This document shows, in pieces, positions 51,021 through 59,616 of a stretch of 64,000 nt of DNA (within the stretch, counting starts at the first letter, position 1; each line of letters opens with the position of its first letter). The notes below the pieces were generated by a model that saw nothing but the letters and a program-made list of their open reading frames with translations, searched no databases and was not told the origin of the DNA. Source of the DNA: a virus; IMG/VR virus record IMGVR_UViG_3300021963_000049, positions 1 to 64,000 of that record. One strand, written 5' to 3'. The position numbers were made by a program, and so were the translations under genes.

Positions 51021-51604
51021 ACAATTCTCTCTTTAAAATATACCTGATGGTCATCAGGATTTGATGTAATAAGTTCACAATAATTTGCTAAATCAGATTC
51101 AAAACTTTTATCAGTATTCTGTTTTCTTAAAAAGTACTGAGATGTCCTCATGTAGTCAAAGTTTCTAACTTCATACTCACCAACATACCTCTCAGTAGCT
51201 TTTATTATTATATCCCAATCATAATCATAATTTTCAAAGAACCATCTAAAGGCAACTTCTAGATTCTTAGGAGTAGTTCTTGCATATTTTCCAGAGGACA
51301 GTTTCCTATTAGGAAATATATTCACATACTCCTGTATTTTTTGCAGAAAATCTGCACCCATTAAATCTTTAGAAGTTTTCTTTTTGCTTTTCTTGAAATA
51401 ACCATTTATTTCTTCAATAAAGATAAGACTTTTGCTTGTTAATTGCAAATCTTCTGTCAACCAACCTTCAGTTTGCAGCCTTTTGCATTCAAGTTCTTTG
51501 TTCACAAATTTATATGGAACTGTTTTCTCCCGGATGCAATGCAACACATAATAAGTATTTGGTGTTAGTCCTTCTTGAACCAGCCTTGTAAATATATCTG
51601 TCAT
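51017..51604 (-). CDS. Hypothetical protein, possibly a replication initiator or helicase loader
   Basis: 195 aa upstream of dnaB; winged-helix-like N-terminus; function inferred from position only. Confidence 0.45.
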   Translation of the reverse strand: MTDIFTRLVQEGLTPNTYYVLHCIREKTVPYKFVNKELECKRLQTEGWLTEDLQLTSKSLIFIEEINGYFKKSKKKTSKDLMGADFLQKIQEYVNIFPNRKLSSGKYARTTPKNLEVAFRWFFENYDYDWDIIIKATERYVGEYEVRNFDYMRTSQYFLRKQNTDKSFESDLANYCELITSNPDDHQVYFKERIV

Positions 51605-51605
51605 A

Positions 51606-52301
51606 CTACCAAGTTATGTTTTTATACTTTTGAATATCTATAAATAAATTATTAGAGTTCCATTTGGATCCGCTATATGCTGCACTTGCAGGATGCTTTA
51701 CAAAAAACTTAGTGTTATTTGTTTCATCTATTATCTCAGACCACTCTTCTGCCTTTTTACCCATAAATACATATACCAGTCCTGGGTTATAATTATTCAG
51801 CCAGTCTAGTAAATAAGCAGTAAAAGGCTTCCATATATCATAATGGCTACCAATTTTATTTACTTCAGTTGTAAGAGCTGTATTAAGCATCAGTATACCC
51901 TGATTAGACCATCTTTTAAGATCTACATCTTTTGTAACTTCATGCCCATTATACAGTGTCCTATTTATTTCTTCAAAAATATATCTAAGACTTGGCTGTA
52001 ATCTATTAGTATTACTACAGCTAAATGCTATTCCATCAGCTACTCCAATTTGAGGATAAGGATCTTGACCAACCATAACTAATTGTAGTTTATTATATGG
52101 ACATTCTTCAAAGGCCCTAAATACTTGTTTTAATGGTGGTGTAAACCTTTTGTCAGCTTCAGTTAAATTCCAAAGTTTAGTAAGTATCTCATCAAAGTCA
52201 TTACTAAATATAAAAGATTTAAAAACTCTGCTCCAACCACTTGGCTCTAGCTTTTCAAACATTTTTTGTTTAATCAGTTCAAGATCTAAATTTTGTTTCA
52301 T
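51606..52301 (-). CDS. ung: Uracil-DNA glycosylase family 1
   Basis: GQDPYP, GIAFS, PSLR, QGILMLNTALT, HPAS. Confidence 0.93.
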   Translation of the reverse strand: MKQNLDLELIKQKMFEKLEPSGWSRVFKSFIFSNDFDEILTKLWNLTEADKRFTPPLKQVFRAFEECPYNKLQLVMVGQDPYPQIGVADGIAFSCSNTNRLQPSLRYIFEEINRTLYNGHEVTKDVDLKRWSNQGILMLNTALTTEVNKIGSHYDIWKPFTAYLLDWLNNYNPGLVYVFMGKKAEEWSEIIDETNNTKFFVKHPASAAYSGSKWNSNNLFIDIQKYKNITW

Positions 52302-52308
52302 ACATTTG
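52301..52308 (+). promoter_or_regulatory. Bacteroidota -7 element for the lone plus-strand gene
   Basis: TACATTTG 15 nt upstream of the 52324 ATG. Confidence 0.5.
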
Positions 52309-52323
52309 TTTTAAAAATTAATT

Positions 52324-52638
52324 ATGGCTATCAAAGTAAAAGAGATGAAAGATGATGCTATTGTTAACATACCAGTTAATAAGAGCTATTATCTAATGAT
52401 GAAAGGTTTATCCTATTATCTATTTACTTATATGGGTAAAGTAGAAAATCCTGATGAATATCTCAAAGATACTTTAAGTAAAAAATATCAAGACCTTGAT
52501 GACCTCCAAAAATCTTTTTATACTGTAGCTTTATTTCTTGGACAGGTTGAACAACAAACAAGAGATGAAGAAAAATACATAGAAAAAGAAATATTAGAGC
52601 CTGGGGATGAAGGATACATTCCACCTAAGCAAGATTAA
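52324..52638 (+). CDS. Hypothetical protein, oriented against the surrounding operon
   Basis: 104 aa; occupies a gap free of minus-strand genes; protein-like composition. Confidence 0.7.
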   Translation: MAIKVKEMKDDAIVNIPVNKSYYLMMKGLSYYLFTYMGKVENPDEYLKDTLSKKYQDLDDLQKSFYTVALFLGQVEQQTRDEEKYIEKEILEPGDEGYIPPKQD

Positions 52639-52999
52639 TATTCAAATCTTTTCCAATTTCTATACAAGCTTCAATAGCCAAGGCTATTTCATCTTTGCTG
52701 CAGTCTTTAAAAGATTTACACTCTTCCATTCCATCTATGATATAGCATAGTCCAGAATGCTTTTTAACAAGAGTCTTCATCTCTTCAAATGTATAACCAG
52801 ATTCTTTAGCCAATTCTCTAATACAAGCATGCACTTTTGCTAACTGTGCTAGACTATGATCTGAATCAGCTATGTTAATATACATCTCTACTTTCTGACC
52901 TTCTTTAATTTTATCAGAAAATATCTGGTAAGCTACTTTATCTTTAGGATGTTCATATGTAAGCTTACCATTCTTCTTAATTAGTTTTACTGTAACCAT
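52625..52999 (-). CDS. NinB/Orf-like protein
   Basis: SLAQLAKVHACIRELAKESGYTFEEMK...KSFKDCSKDE. Confidence 0.5.
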   Translation of the reverse strand: MVTVKLIKKNGKLTYEHPKDKVAYQIFSDKIKEGQKVEMYINIADSDHSLAQLAKVHACIRELAKESGYTFEEMKTLVKKHSGLCYIIDGMEECKSFKDCSKDEIALAIEACIEIGKDLNINLA

Positions 53000-53238
53000 G
53001 TTGTAGTAAGTTGTTTTAACATCTCAATACTCTGCCGGTCTCTAATCCTAGCACCTAACCAGTCAAAGTTTTTTACTTCCCAGTTATTATTATGAGCTAC
53101 ATCATTCTCATTAGAAACTAATACTAACTCATCCATTAATTTTAGCTGGTAATAATAATAGTCATAGCCATTTTGGCTATCTGCATCTAGGACATCAATC
53201 TTTTGAAATCCTAGATCAATTAAATCTTCTTCTGTCAT
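52987..53238 (-). CDS. Hypothetical protein
   Basis: 83 aa, MTEEDLIDLGF start. Confidence 0.65.
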   Translation of the reverse strand: MTEEDLIDLGFQKIDVLDADSQNGYDYYYYQLKLMDELVLVSNENDVAHNNNWEVKNFDWLGARIRDRQSIEMLKQLTTTWLQ

Positions 53239-53819
53239 TTATTTATTGGTTTTAAAAATATATCCTGAGATAGTATTTTAACTGGATAATCTTTTTGTAT
53301 CTCTGCATACTTAGAGTTATCTTCAGAGTATGCACCAAGTTCTTTTACTCGGGTGCTTCTCAGAGTCTTCATAGCAAGATATACTAAGTTAAAATTGTCT
53401 CTATCTTCTGAATTCAACATGTTCCACATGTTCTCTATCTCTTCAGCTGTTATATAACCAGTTTCTCTTAGTAATTGCATTTCTGCCATTAGTATAAATG
53501 GTTTATATTCTCCAGCTTTAGTTCCTCTTTTATATAGAAACCAGAGATAGTTTAGATTATTATCTACAGTTTTTGTCATCTCAAAATGTTCATCCACAAT
53601 TTCAGATATAAATACCTCAAATCCTTTTAGTTTTTCCATAATCTCATCAATTTTAAATAAGTACATAAGAGTATCCATGTTCATAGAATCATCTTGTACA
53701 TAGTAACCTTTACTTTCTAATTGATTTAAAGCATCTTTTGGATATCCAGGATACATGGGAGTATTCCATGTTTCATAAGGCCTTCTATTGTATACAGACC
53801 TTGTTAAATAGTTTGTCAT
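53235..53819 (-). CDS. Hypothetical protein with an M-x-x-S-x-D-x-D-N motif
   Basis: 194 aa; NMLNSEDRDNFNLV. Confidence 0.65.
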   Translation of the reverse strand: MTNYLTRSVYNRRPYETWNTPMYPGYPKDALNQLESKGYYVQDDSMNMDTLMYLFKIDEIMEKLKGFEVFISEIVDEHFEMTKTVDNNLNYLWFLYKRGTKAGEYKPFILMAEMQLLRETGYITAEEIENMWNMLNSEDRDNFNLVYLAMKTLRSTRVKELGAYSEDNSKYAEIQKDYPVKILSQDIFLKPINK

Positions 53820-53977
53820 CAGTCTAATTTTTTATATAGACAGGAGATTACTGCTATAAAAATAAAACTGCCAATTTGCTCACATAACTTCTTCATTTTT
53901 CAAAGTAGTTAATTATTATTGCTATTGCAATATAAACAAGAATTGCTGTTCCAATAATTATAAGTGTACCTAACATT

Positions 53978-54196
53978 TTATTTATTATTTCTTTGTTTAT
54001 CTTCTTTGTAGCTTATCCAAAAACCTATAGCTACAATTATATTCATACCAAAGGAAGCAATAAATTCATAAATATCCTCATATATGTTAGTCATTAAGTG
54101 AAAATGACCTAACATCCAGAAAGGTATAGATAAGTTTTGACTTACCCATACCACCAGATATTTTATAAAATGTTTCACTGTAAACTTTCTAGGCAC
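53978..54196 (-). CDS. Small membrane protein
   Basis: 72 aa with two hydrophobic segments. Confidence 0.55.
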   Translation of the reverse strand: MPRKFTVKHFIKYLVVWVSQNLSIPFWMLGHFHLMTNIYEDIYEFIASFGMNIIVAIGFWISYKEDKQRNNK

Positions 54197-54591
54197 TTAT
54201 CTGCCCATTTTGTACTCCACCAGCAAAATGCATCACCTAAATACATCTTTACATTTCTAGAAAAATATGTAACTTGTACAGTCTGTCCTGCAAATGTAAC
54301 TGTCTTATCTTCTTTAGTCTCTATAACATCCTTAACTAAGTTAAAAAAGTCTATCATATCTTGTTTAGATGTAAAACTTACTGTCTCATATACACTAATC
54401 TGTTGGTACTGGCAGTCTTTAAATACAATAGAGTAGCTGTATGAAGAATCAGAAGCTATAGACTTATACAAAGAATGAAAACCCATAGAGTGCCTATATA
54501 CTAATTCTGATTCTGGTGTATTTTCTACTGTAATCTGTGCAGATGCATTAATCCCTAATGCTAATACTGCTAAAAATAAAATTTTCTTCAT
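54175..54591 (-). CDS. Exported protein with a Sec signal peptide
   Basis: MKKILFLAVLALGINASA/Q, a Bacteroidota-type signal with Gln at +1. Confidence 0.7.
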   Translation of the reverse strand: MKKILFLAVLALGINASAQITVENTPESELVYRHSMGFHSLYKSIASDSSYSYSIVFKDCQYQQISVYETVSFTSKQDMIDFFNLVKDVIETKEDKTVTFAGQTVQVTYFSRNVKMYLGDAFCWWSTKWADKCLESLQ

Positions 54592-54621
54592 GTTTTTAAG
54601 TTTAAAAATTAATCACCTTCT

Positions 54622-54885
54622 TCATTGTTTATCCCTTTTTCTCTGTTCTTTTTTTGCTTCTTTATAGTACTGCGTGAACTCTCTTGTAATTTCAGATACC
54701 TTTGCAATCTCTCCTGAATTCTCTGATTCAAATTGCTGTTGTCTATCTTTCTCTTGTTGCTGCTCATATTCTTTCCATTCAAATATTTGTAATTCTTGCA
54801 TTCTTCTTAGATCAGCTATTGTAGCTTCTCCTGGTATATTACCATTTTGCATAATATCCATGTAAAGATCTTTCATTCTTCCCAT
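54622..54885 (-). CDS. Hypothetical protein
   Basis: 87 aa, MGRMKDLYM start. Confidence 0.6.
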   Translation of the reverse strand: MGRMKDLYMDIMQNGNIPGEATIADLRRMQELQIFEWKEYEQQQEKDRQQQFESENSGEIAKVSEITREFTQYYKEAKKEQRKRDKQ

Positions 54886-55310
54886 AATTTCAAGCTTTTT
54901 TCTATAAACAATTTGATTGTTTCTCTTATATCTTCATGGCCTAATATAGATCCGGCAGTTTTTAGTTTATTAATCACTTTAATATCAAGATCTAGCTGTA
55001 TACTTCTTATTTTGTTAACAGCTTTAGTCCTTTCTATTACACTAAAATCAAATGGAAAACTAACTGAGTAAACATAAACATTCTTTTTGTACATAGCATC
55101 TTTGTAAAAATCCAAAGCAATAGTCTTATTATGATTAATAGTAAATCTATTTATACCAGTTAAATTAGCAATTTGATGCTCAGACATCATGAATCTATAA
55201 GCTAAAATAGCAATTAGATAACTTCTTTGATCTACAAGTACTCTTTTCCTAGATTTCTTATCTAAAGAAGAAAGTGCTTTTAAGACATCTTCCTTTGTAT
55301 AATCTTCCAT
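54873..55310 (-). CDS. HTH protein resembling DnaA domain IV
   Basis: SRKRVLVDQRSYLIAIL...SEHQIANLTGINRFTINH. Confidence 0.5.
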   Translation of the reverse strand: MEDYTKEDVLKALSSLDKKSRKRVLVDQRSYLIAILAYRFMMSEHQIANLTGINRFTINHNKTIALDFYKDAMYKKNVYVYSVSFPFDFSVIERTKAVNKIRSIQLDLDIKVINKLKTAGSILGHEDIRETIKLFIEKSLKLWEE

Positions 55311-55313
55311 ATC

Positions 55314-55490
55314 TTAAATAAAAAATGGGAAAAGCAATCCCTTAATTTCACATACAAATGGAGCTATAATAATAGTGCTTAAGAATCCACTATCTTGAGC
55401 CCATAAATACCAAAAATAAAAAGTGTAAAAGTGAGCAATTATTAGGTAAATAGCAAGACTTACACTTAATAAGTTTAAGTTATTGAACAT
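55314..55490 (-). CDS. Small membrane protein (58 aa); missing from the ORF track
   Basis: MFNNLNLLSVSLAIYLIIAHFYTFYFWYLW...LLFPFFI; fills the intergenic gap. Confidence 0.55.
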   Translation of the reverse strand: MFNNLNLLSVSLAIYLIIAHFYTFYFWYLWAQDSGFLSTIIIAPFVCEIKGLLFPFFI

Positions 55491-55507
55491 AAATAAATAT
55501 ATTAAGT

Positions 55508-55771
55508 TTATACTAAATCTAATTCTGCTTCTTTAACTTCTTCAGATTCTAAAACCACTTCTTCAAATGGAACAAATCTATCAGCAGAATAGTATTCATA
55601 TGGAAATGAGTCAGGACTTAGTTGTACTTCTTTAAGTAAAAAGCCTAATTTTCCAGGAGTAAGTGCCATATTTACAAACTCTGTAACTGTATACACTTCA
55701 CCTTCTTTTATCCATTCATGTGCTGGAATTCTAGAAGGTTTGTTTTTAGCATCAATGCATATGACTTTCAT
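55508..55771 (-). CDS. Hypothetical protein, SH3-like beta fold possible
   Basis: MKVICID...WIKEGEVYTV...YSADRF. Confidence 0.6.
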   Translation of the reverse strand: MKVICIDAKNKPSRIPAHEWIKEGEVYTVTEFVNMALTPGKLGFLLKEVQLSPDSFPYEYYSADRFVPFEEVVLESEEVKEAELDLV

Positions 55772-56006
55772 TAATCTCAATTTCAGATATTATACCAAGA
55801 GAGTCTAGAATAGTGCTCATTTCATATACTTCATCAAAGGCACCAGATTTTACATGGCATTTACCATTATGATGTGCTATAGTAGCACATTGTTCAGCTT
55901 GTATTGGATCATGGCCACATTTCCTAATTAAACAAGCTATTATATAATGGAATGAATTCTCATCATCATTATACATTATTAGTTTATATGGTTTATTCTC
56001 TTCCAT
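55752..56006 (-). CDS. clpS: ClpS-like N-degron adaptor
   Basis: LIMYNDDENSFHYIIACL...QAEQCATIAHHNGKCHVKSG. Confidence 0.85.
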   Translation of the reverse strand: MEENKPYKLIMYNDDENSFHYIIACLIRKCGHDPIQAEQCATIAHHNGKCHVKSGAFDEVYEMSTILDSLGIISEIEINESHMH

Positions 56007-56026
56007 ACTCCAATATATAAAAAATT

Positions 56027-57133
56027 CTACATATTATCCAGATTTATATTATAGTCTTTCCAGATAATTTTACTTTGATCAAAGTCTTCAAGAGCTTCTT
56101 TTACCCATTTTTCATCTACTGTACCTACATAACATAGTATATGCACAATAGCTTTGTCATCTGGATTTAACCGGAGCAACCGACCAATTCTCTGAGAACT
56201 TTTTCTCTCATTACCATAAGCATGCATGATGATACCTTGTTTAAGATTAGGAATATTAACACCCTCATTTAACTGCAATACAGCAGAGAGTTTATTAATT
56301 TCTCCATTCTTAAACATCAACAGATTCTCTTCAGAATTAGTATTACCACTATGGTAGCTATGGTTACACAATTTATCAGCCTGAGCCTGTGTATTTGCAA
56401 ACAGAATACACTTTCCTTCTATGCTATTGAACAATATGCGGGCATATTTCTCTTTACTAGGATATTCCATAAGAGCTTTCATTCTCATTATCCTAATAAT
56501 ATGCACACCAGATGTTGCTACATCTAGCCTTCTTGTCCAATAACTATAGTTTAAATACTCAGAAGTCTTAAACTTTTTCTTTTGCATTTCTACTTCATAG
56601 TCTTTAACTTCACTAAGCTGTAGCATATGCACAATAATCTGATAGTCATTTAGTATTCCATTTTCTATAGCATCATCAGCTTTAAATGTATATACTATTG
56701 GACAGAATTCATTTACCAGCTTACCTTTCTCAGAGTGCTTATATTTTGGCGGAGTACCAGTCAATCCTAGTATCACACCTTTGTAATTATATAAAAAACC
56801 TCTGTGGGAGTCAAGCAAGCTGTGCACCTCATCCAGATATATAATATCATAATCATTAGGATTATGCTTATTAAGACTTAGATAAGTTGTAAAAGTAATT
56901 CTACCAAGTAAGTGATGCTTATCAAATTTCTCCGCATCATCTTTCCAAGATTGATAAATTGCTTTCTTTGGAGCAACAACCAGGCATCTCATTAGAGCTG
57001 TGCTATTTTTCTCCAGGTGAGTAAGACCAACTAAAGTTTTACCCACACCGGTTCCAAGAACTACACTGCATCTCTTGTGTCCTTCAGTTGCTTCAATAGC
57101 TTTTAACTGTATTTCATCTTTAGTCATAATCAA
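56027..57133 (-). CDS. Superfamily 2 helicase (DExH)
   Basis: GTGVGKT, LDEVH, GLTGT, LNEGVNIP, QRIGRLLR. Confidence 0.9.
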   Translation of the reverse strand: MIMTKDEIQLKAIEATEGHKRCSVVLGTGVGKTLVGLTHLEKNSTALMRCLVVAPKKAIYQSWKDDAEKFDKHHLLGRITFTTYLSLNKHNPNDYDIIYLDEVHSLLDSHRGFLYNYKGVILGLTGTPPKYKHSEKGKLVNEFCPIVYTFKADDAIENGILNDYQIIVHMLQLSEVKDYEVEMQKKKFKTSEYLNYSYWTRRLDVATSGVHIIRIMRMKALMEYPSKEKYARILFNSIEGKCILFANTQAQADKLCNHSYHSGNTNSEENLLMFKNGEINKLSAVLQLNEGVNIPNLKQGIIMHAYGNERKSSQRIGRLLRLNPDDKAIVHILCYVGTVDEKWVKEALEDFDQSKIIWKDYNINLDNM

Positions 57134-57541
57134 TTATTTTAACCATCCCATTAATCTAGCATCTCCTGGATTTGCATGAATCCAATCATGGCAGTTCCGG
57201 CATGCTCCTTTCCAAGTACTTTGAACTAAATAAAAAGCATCTCTGTTGGATCCAGCATATGTATGATGTATATCAGTTGCATTATGTGTACAACCTCCTA
57301 CTTTAATCATACATAATGGATTCTCTGTAAGATATCTTTCTCTTAGTTTGCTGTACTCAGCATCTTTCTTTGCTCTTTTAGCAGAAACGCGGGGGATAAC
57401 AGATTGTGTTGGTTTCTGTGTATCATTATCTTTGCTTTTGTGGCAACTCCAGCAGTATTTACAATACAATAATCCCCCGGTTCCACTACTCTTCCATATT
57501 GGTTTTTCTTCACCACATATATCACAAATTTTTACTTTCAT
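57134..57541 (-). CDS. HNH / NinG-like nuclease with an N-terminal Zn ribbon
   Basis: CDIC...CKYC; ATDIHH...CRNCHDWIH. Confidence 0.7.
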   Translation of the reverse strand: MKVKICDICGEEKPIWKSSGTGGLLYCKYCWSCHKSKDNDTQKPTQSVIPRVSAKRAKKDAEYSKLRERYLTENPLCMIKVGGCTHNATDIHHTYAGSNRDAFYLVQSTWKGACRNCHDWIHANPGDARLMGWLK

Positions 57542-57561
57542 ACTTAAACTTTTACTTTAAC

Positions 57562-58431
57562 TCAGAATATGTATCTTATTGTATTCCAAGGTATTATCTT
57601 ATCATGCAATTCTACAAACTGCTTAATATAATCTGCTTTTCTATTATGCTCATACCTAATATTTTTACCTCCATACTGTGATACTTTTCCTTCTTGTATT
57701 TTAGGTACCCATAATAGTTCTTCTCCAGGAAGTTTATGTGCTAGATTATACTTGTGCTTGTCTTCATTATGAGTTAAAAATATTACTTCAGCTTTGACAG
57801 AATTTTGTGGCCAATGATGTATATAACAGTGCTTTCCTATTATATCAAATAAGAACTCATATTCTATTAACCAATTATCATGAACTATTACAGGACTAAA
57901 ATTTAAATGGACATCATAACCTGCATCAAGAAAATCTGAAACAGAACGGAGTCTTTCATCAATAGAAGATGTATTAGGTTCAAGTATCTTTCTCCACCTT
58001 TCAGGCATTATACTAAATCTAATTCTAATTTTACCTTCAGGATTAAACATTAAAAGTTCTGGATTCACATATTTAGTAGCAAATGAACCCATAGCAAGTG
58101 GATGATCCCGGAAGAAAGCAAATATCTTCTCCCATTCATGATACTTAGCATGTAGTGCAAAATCTTCATTACAAGAGATATCATAAGTAATAAACTCCCC
58201 GGTCTGATTAGGCTTCTCTACATCAGCAAACCATACATGTGAATTAATTTCTGTCAGGATGTCCATAGTATTAGATGCTATAGATAGTCCTTCCGGCTTA
58301 TGCCTCTTCATGTAGCAGTAACTACAATTATATAAACACCCATGTCCAAAACTTGGAGAGATAAAATCTGTAGATCTACCAGATGGCCTAATTATCATAG
58401 ACTTCCTAGTAACTTTCTCTACCAGACTCAT
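57562..58431 (-). CDS. Spore photoproduct lyase-like radical SAM protein
   Basis: GCLYNCSYCY (CxxxCxxC), DISCNED, FATK, RIRFS, NFSPVI, terminal RYIF. Confidence 0.82.
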   Translation of the reverse strand: MSLVEKVTRKSMIIRPSGRSTDFISPSFGHGCLYNCSYCYMKRHKPEGLSIASNTMDILTEINSHVWFADVEKPNQTGEFITYDISCNEDFALHAKYHEWEKIFAFFRDHPLAMGSFATKYVNPELLMFNPEGKIRIRFSIMPERWRKILEPNTSSIDERLRSVSDFLDAGYDVHLNFSPVIVHDNWLIEYEFLFDIIGKHCYIHHWPQNSVKAEVIFLTHNEDKHKYNLAHKLPGEELLWVPKIQEGKVSQYGGKNIRYEHNRKADYIKQFVELHDKIIPWNTIRYIF

Positions 58432-58604
58432 TTCTTTAAGTATTTTTTCTCAAACTTTTCCCAGCCTTCAAAATTAGCAATCATCAAGTCTAAAGTAATC
58501 TCTTCTTGATGTTCTGAACACATTCCTATTCCTGCTAGATCTAAGTCAGGTTTATATACTCTATAAGCAGGCTTACCACACTTAATACATGTTTCTTTGC
58601 TCAT
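58428..58604 (-). CDS. Small Zn-finger-like protein (58 aa); missing from the ORF track
   Basis: MSKETCIKCGKPAY...MCSEH...KKYLKK; ATGA overlap with the SPL-like gene. Confidence 0.65.
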   Translation of the reverse strand: MSKETCIKCGKPAYRVYKPDLDLAGIGMCSEHQEEITLDLMIANFEGWEKFEKKYLKK

Positions 58605-58890
58605 TCTATTCTGATTTAAAGTTCATCAAATTGTTTCTGTAACTCATCTAGTTCAACAGTTACTAACTCTATCTCTTTTTCAATAGCTTCCTGCATTATA
58701 CTTTCATTTCTAAAATATAAGTCATCCAGTATATTGTGTGGACCAACTCTGAACTCTAATTTTATTTTTGACAAGTTACAACCTTTAGCATGATGTAGTT
58801 TATTTCTATAAGTATAGAGTGAATTATATTTTTCTTTTAACTCTTTAGCTTTATTAAATATATTGTCTTCCATTCTATTCTGATTTAAAG
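58602..58890. repeat. 20-bp perfect direct repeat CATTCTATTCTGATTTAAAG
   Basis: Copies at 58602-58621 and 58871-58890. Confidence 0.9.
58616..58873 (-). CDS. Hypothetical coiled-coil protein flanked by 20-bp direct repeats
   Basis: Probable start MEDNIF at 58873, just after the upstream stop. Confidence 0.6.
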   Translation of the reverse strand: MEDNIFNKAKELKEKYNSLYTYRNKLHHAKGCNLSKIKLEFRVGPHNILDDLYFRNESIMQEAIEKEIELVTVELDELQKQFDEL

Positions 58891-59117
58891 GTTTTGTTAT
58901 AGTAGTTTTCTGATTCATCATTTTCTTTTAAGAATGGAATAAAATAAGTATCAGAATCTAAATCACCAGCATTGAAAGCATCTCTTATTTGTTCCTTCTC
59001 CATTTCTTTGGCTTGTTCAATTAACTTATTAAATACCAATACATTTTCTAAATTTAACGGTAAATTAGTTTGTAATATAATTTCTTGTTGCAACCATTCT
59101 ACTGCTGTCTGTTTCAT
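58875..59117 (-). CDS. Small TAVEWL-family hypothetical protein
   Basis: KQTAVEWL...AKEMEKEQI...YYNKTFK. Confidence 0.7.
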   Translation of the reverse strand: MKQTAVEWLQQEIILQTNLPLNLENVLVFNKLIEQAKEMEKEQIRDAFNAGDLDSDTYFIPFLKENDESENYYNKTFKSE

Positions 59118-59347
59118 TGTTCTTGTTGTTTAAAGGTTTCGTTGTAATAATCTTCACCATATCTCCATATACTCAACATAGGACTTACACCCATAGTATA
59201 TGCTTTACATATTTGCTCTTTCTCAATTTCTTTGGCTTTATCCCAACAATTACGATTGTGTTCAAAATCCTTTTCTGAATATGGTTCTGTATTTAGATTT
59301 TCTAATAACCAATCTACTGCTGTTAACTGTTTTTCCATTCCTTCCAT
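59114..59347 (-). CDS. Small TAVEWL-family paralog
   Basis: KQLTAVDWL...AKEIEKEQI...YYNETFK; true start may be the second Met. Confidence 0.7.
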   Translation of the reverse strand: MEGMEKQLTAVDWLLENLNTEPYSEKDFEHNRNCWDKAKEIEKEQICKAYTMGVSPMLSIWRYGEDYYNETFKQQEQ

Positions 59348-59472
59348 GTATCAAAGTCTTTAAGTTTTTCCATTTGTTCCTGCATCCATTTAGCACCTGC
59401 TATAAACATATTAAATTCATCAGTTGTACTTGCTAATCTTTCAGCAGCTTCTTCTAGTGTTTCTTTTTCCAT
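59323..59472 (-). CDS. Small hypothetical protein (49 aa); missing from the ORF track
   Basis: MEKETLEEAAERL...FIAGAKWMQEQ...WKEWKNS. Confidence 0.6.
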   Translation of the reverse strand: MEKETLEEAAERLASTTDEFNMFIAGAKWMQEQMEKLKDFDTWKEWKNS

Positions 59473-59616
59473 ATCAAATCTTTTTAAGTATTGCTTTCAT
59501 CTTCTAATTCTTTAAGTATTCTTTCTATTTTATCAAGTTTACTTTCTAGTATATACCCAACAACACCTACCATTATAATTACCATAATAGCAGATGTATA
59601 TATAGCTCCAATCATA

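Noticed and set aside
58432-59526. Near-repeat TTCTTTAAGTATT(T/C)TTTCT at about 58432 and 59508
   Set aside because: Very AT-rich, read in different frames and not at equivalent gene junctions; likely chance.
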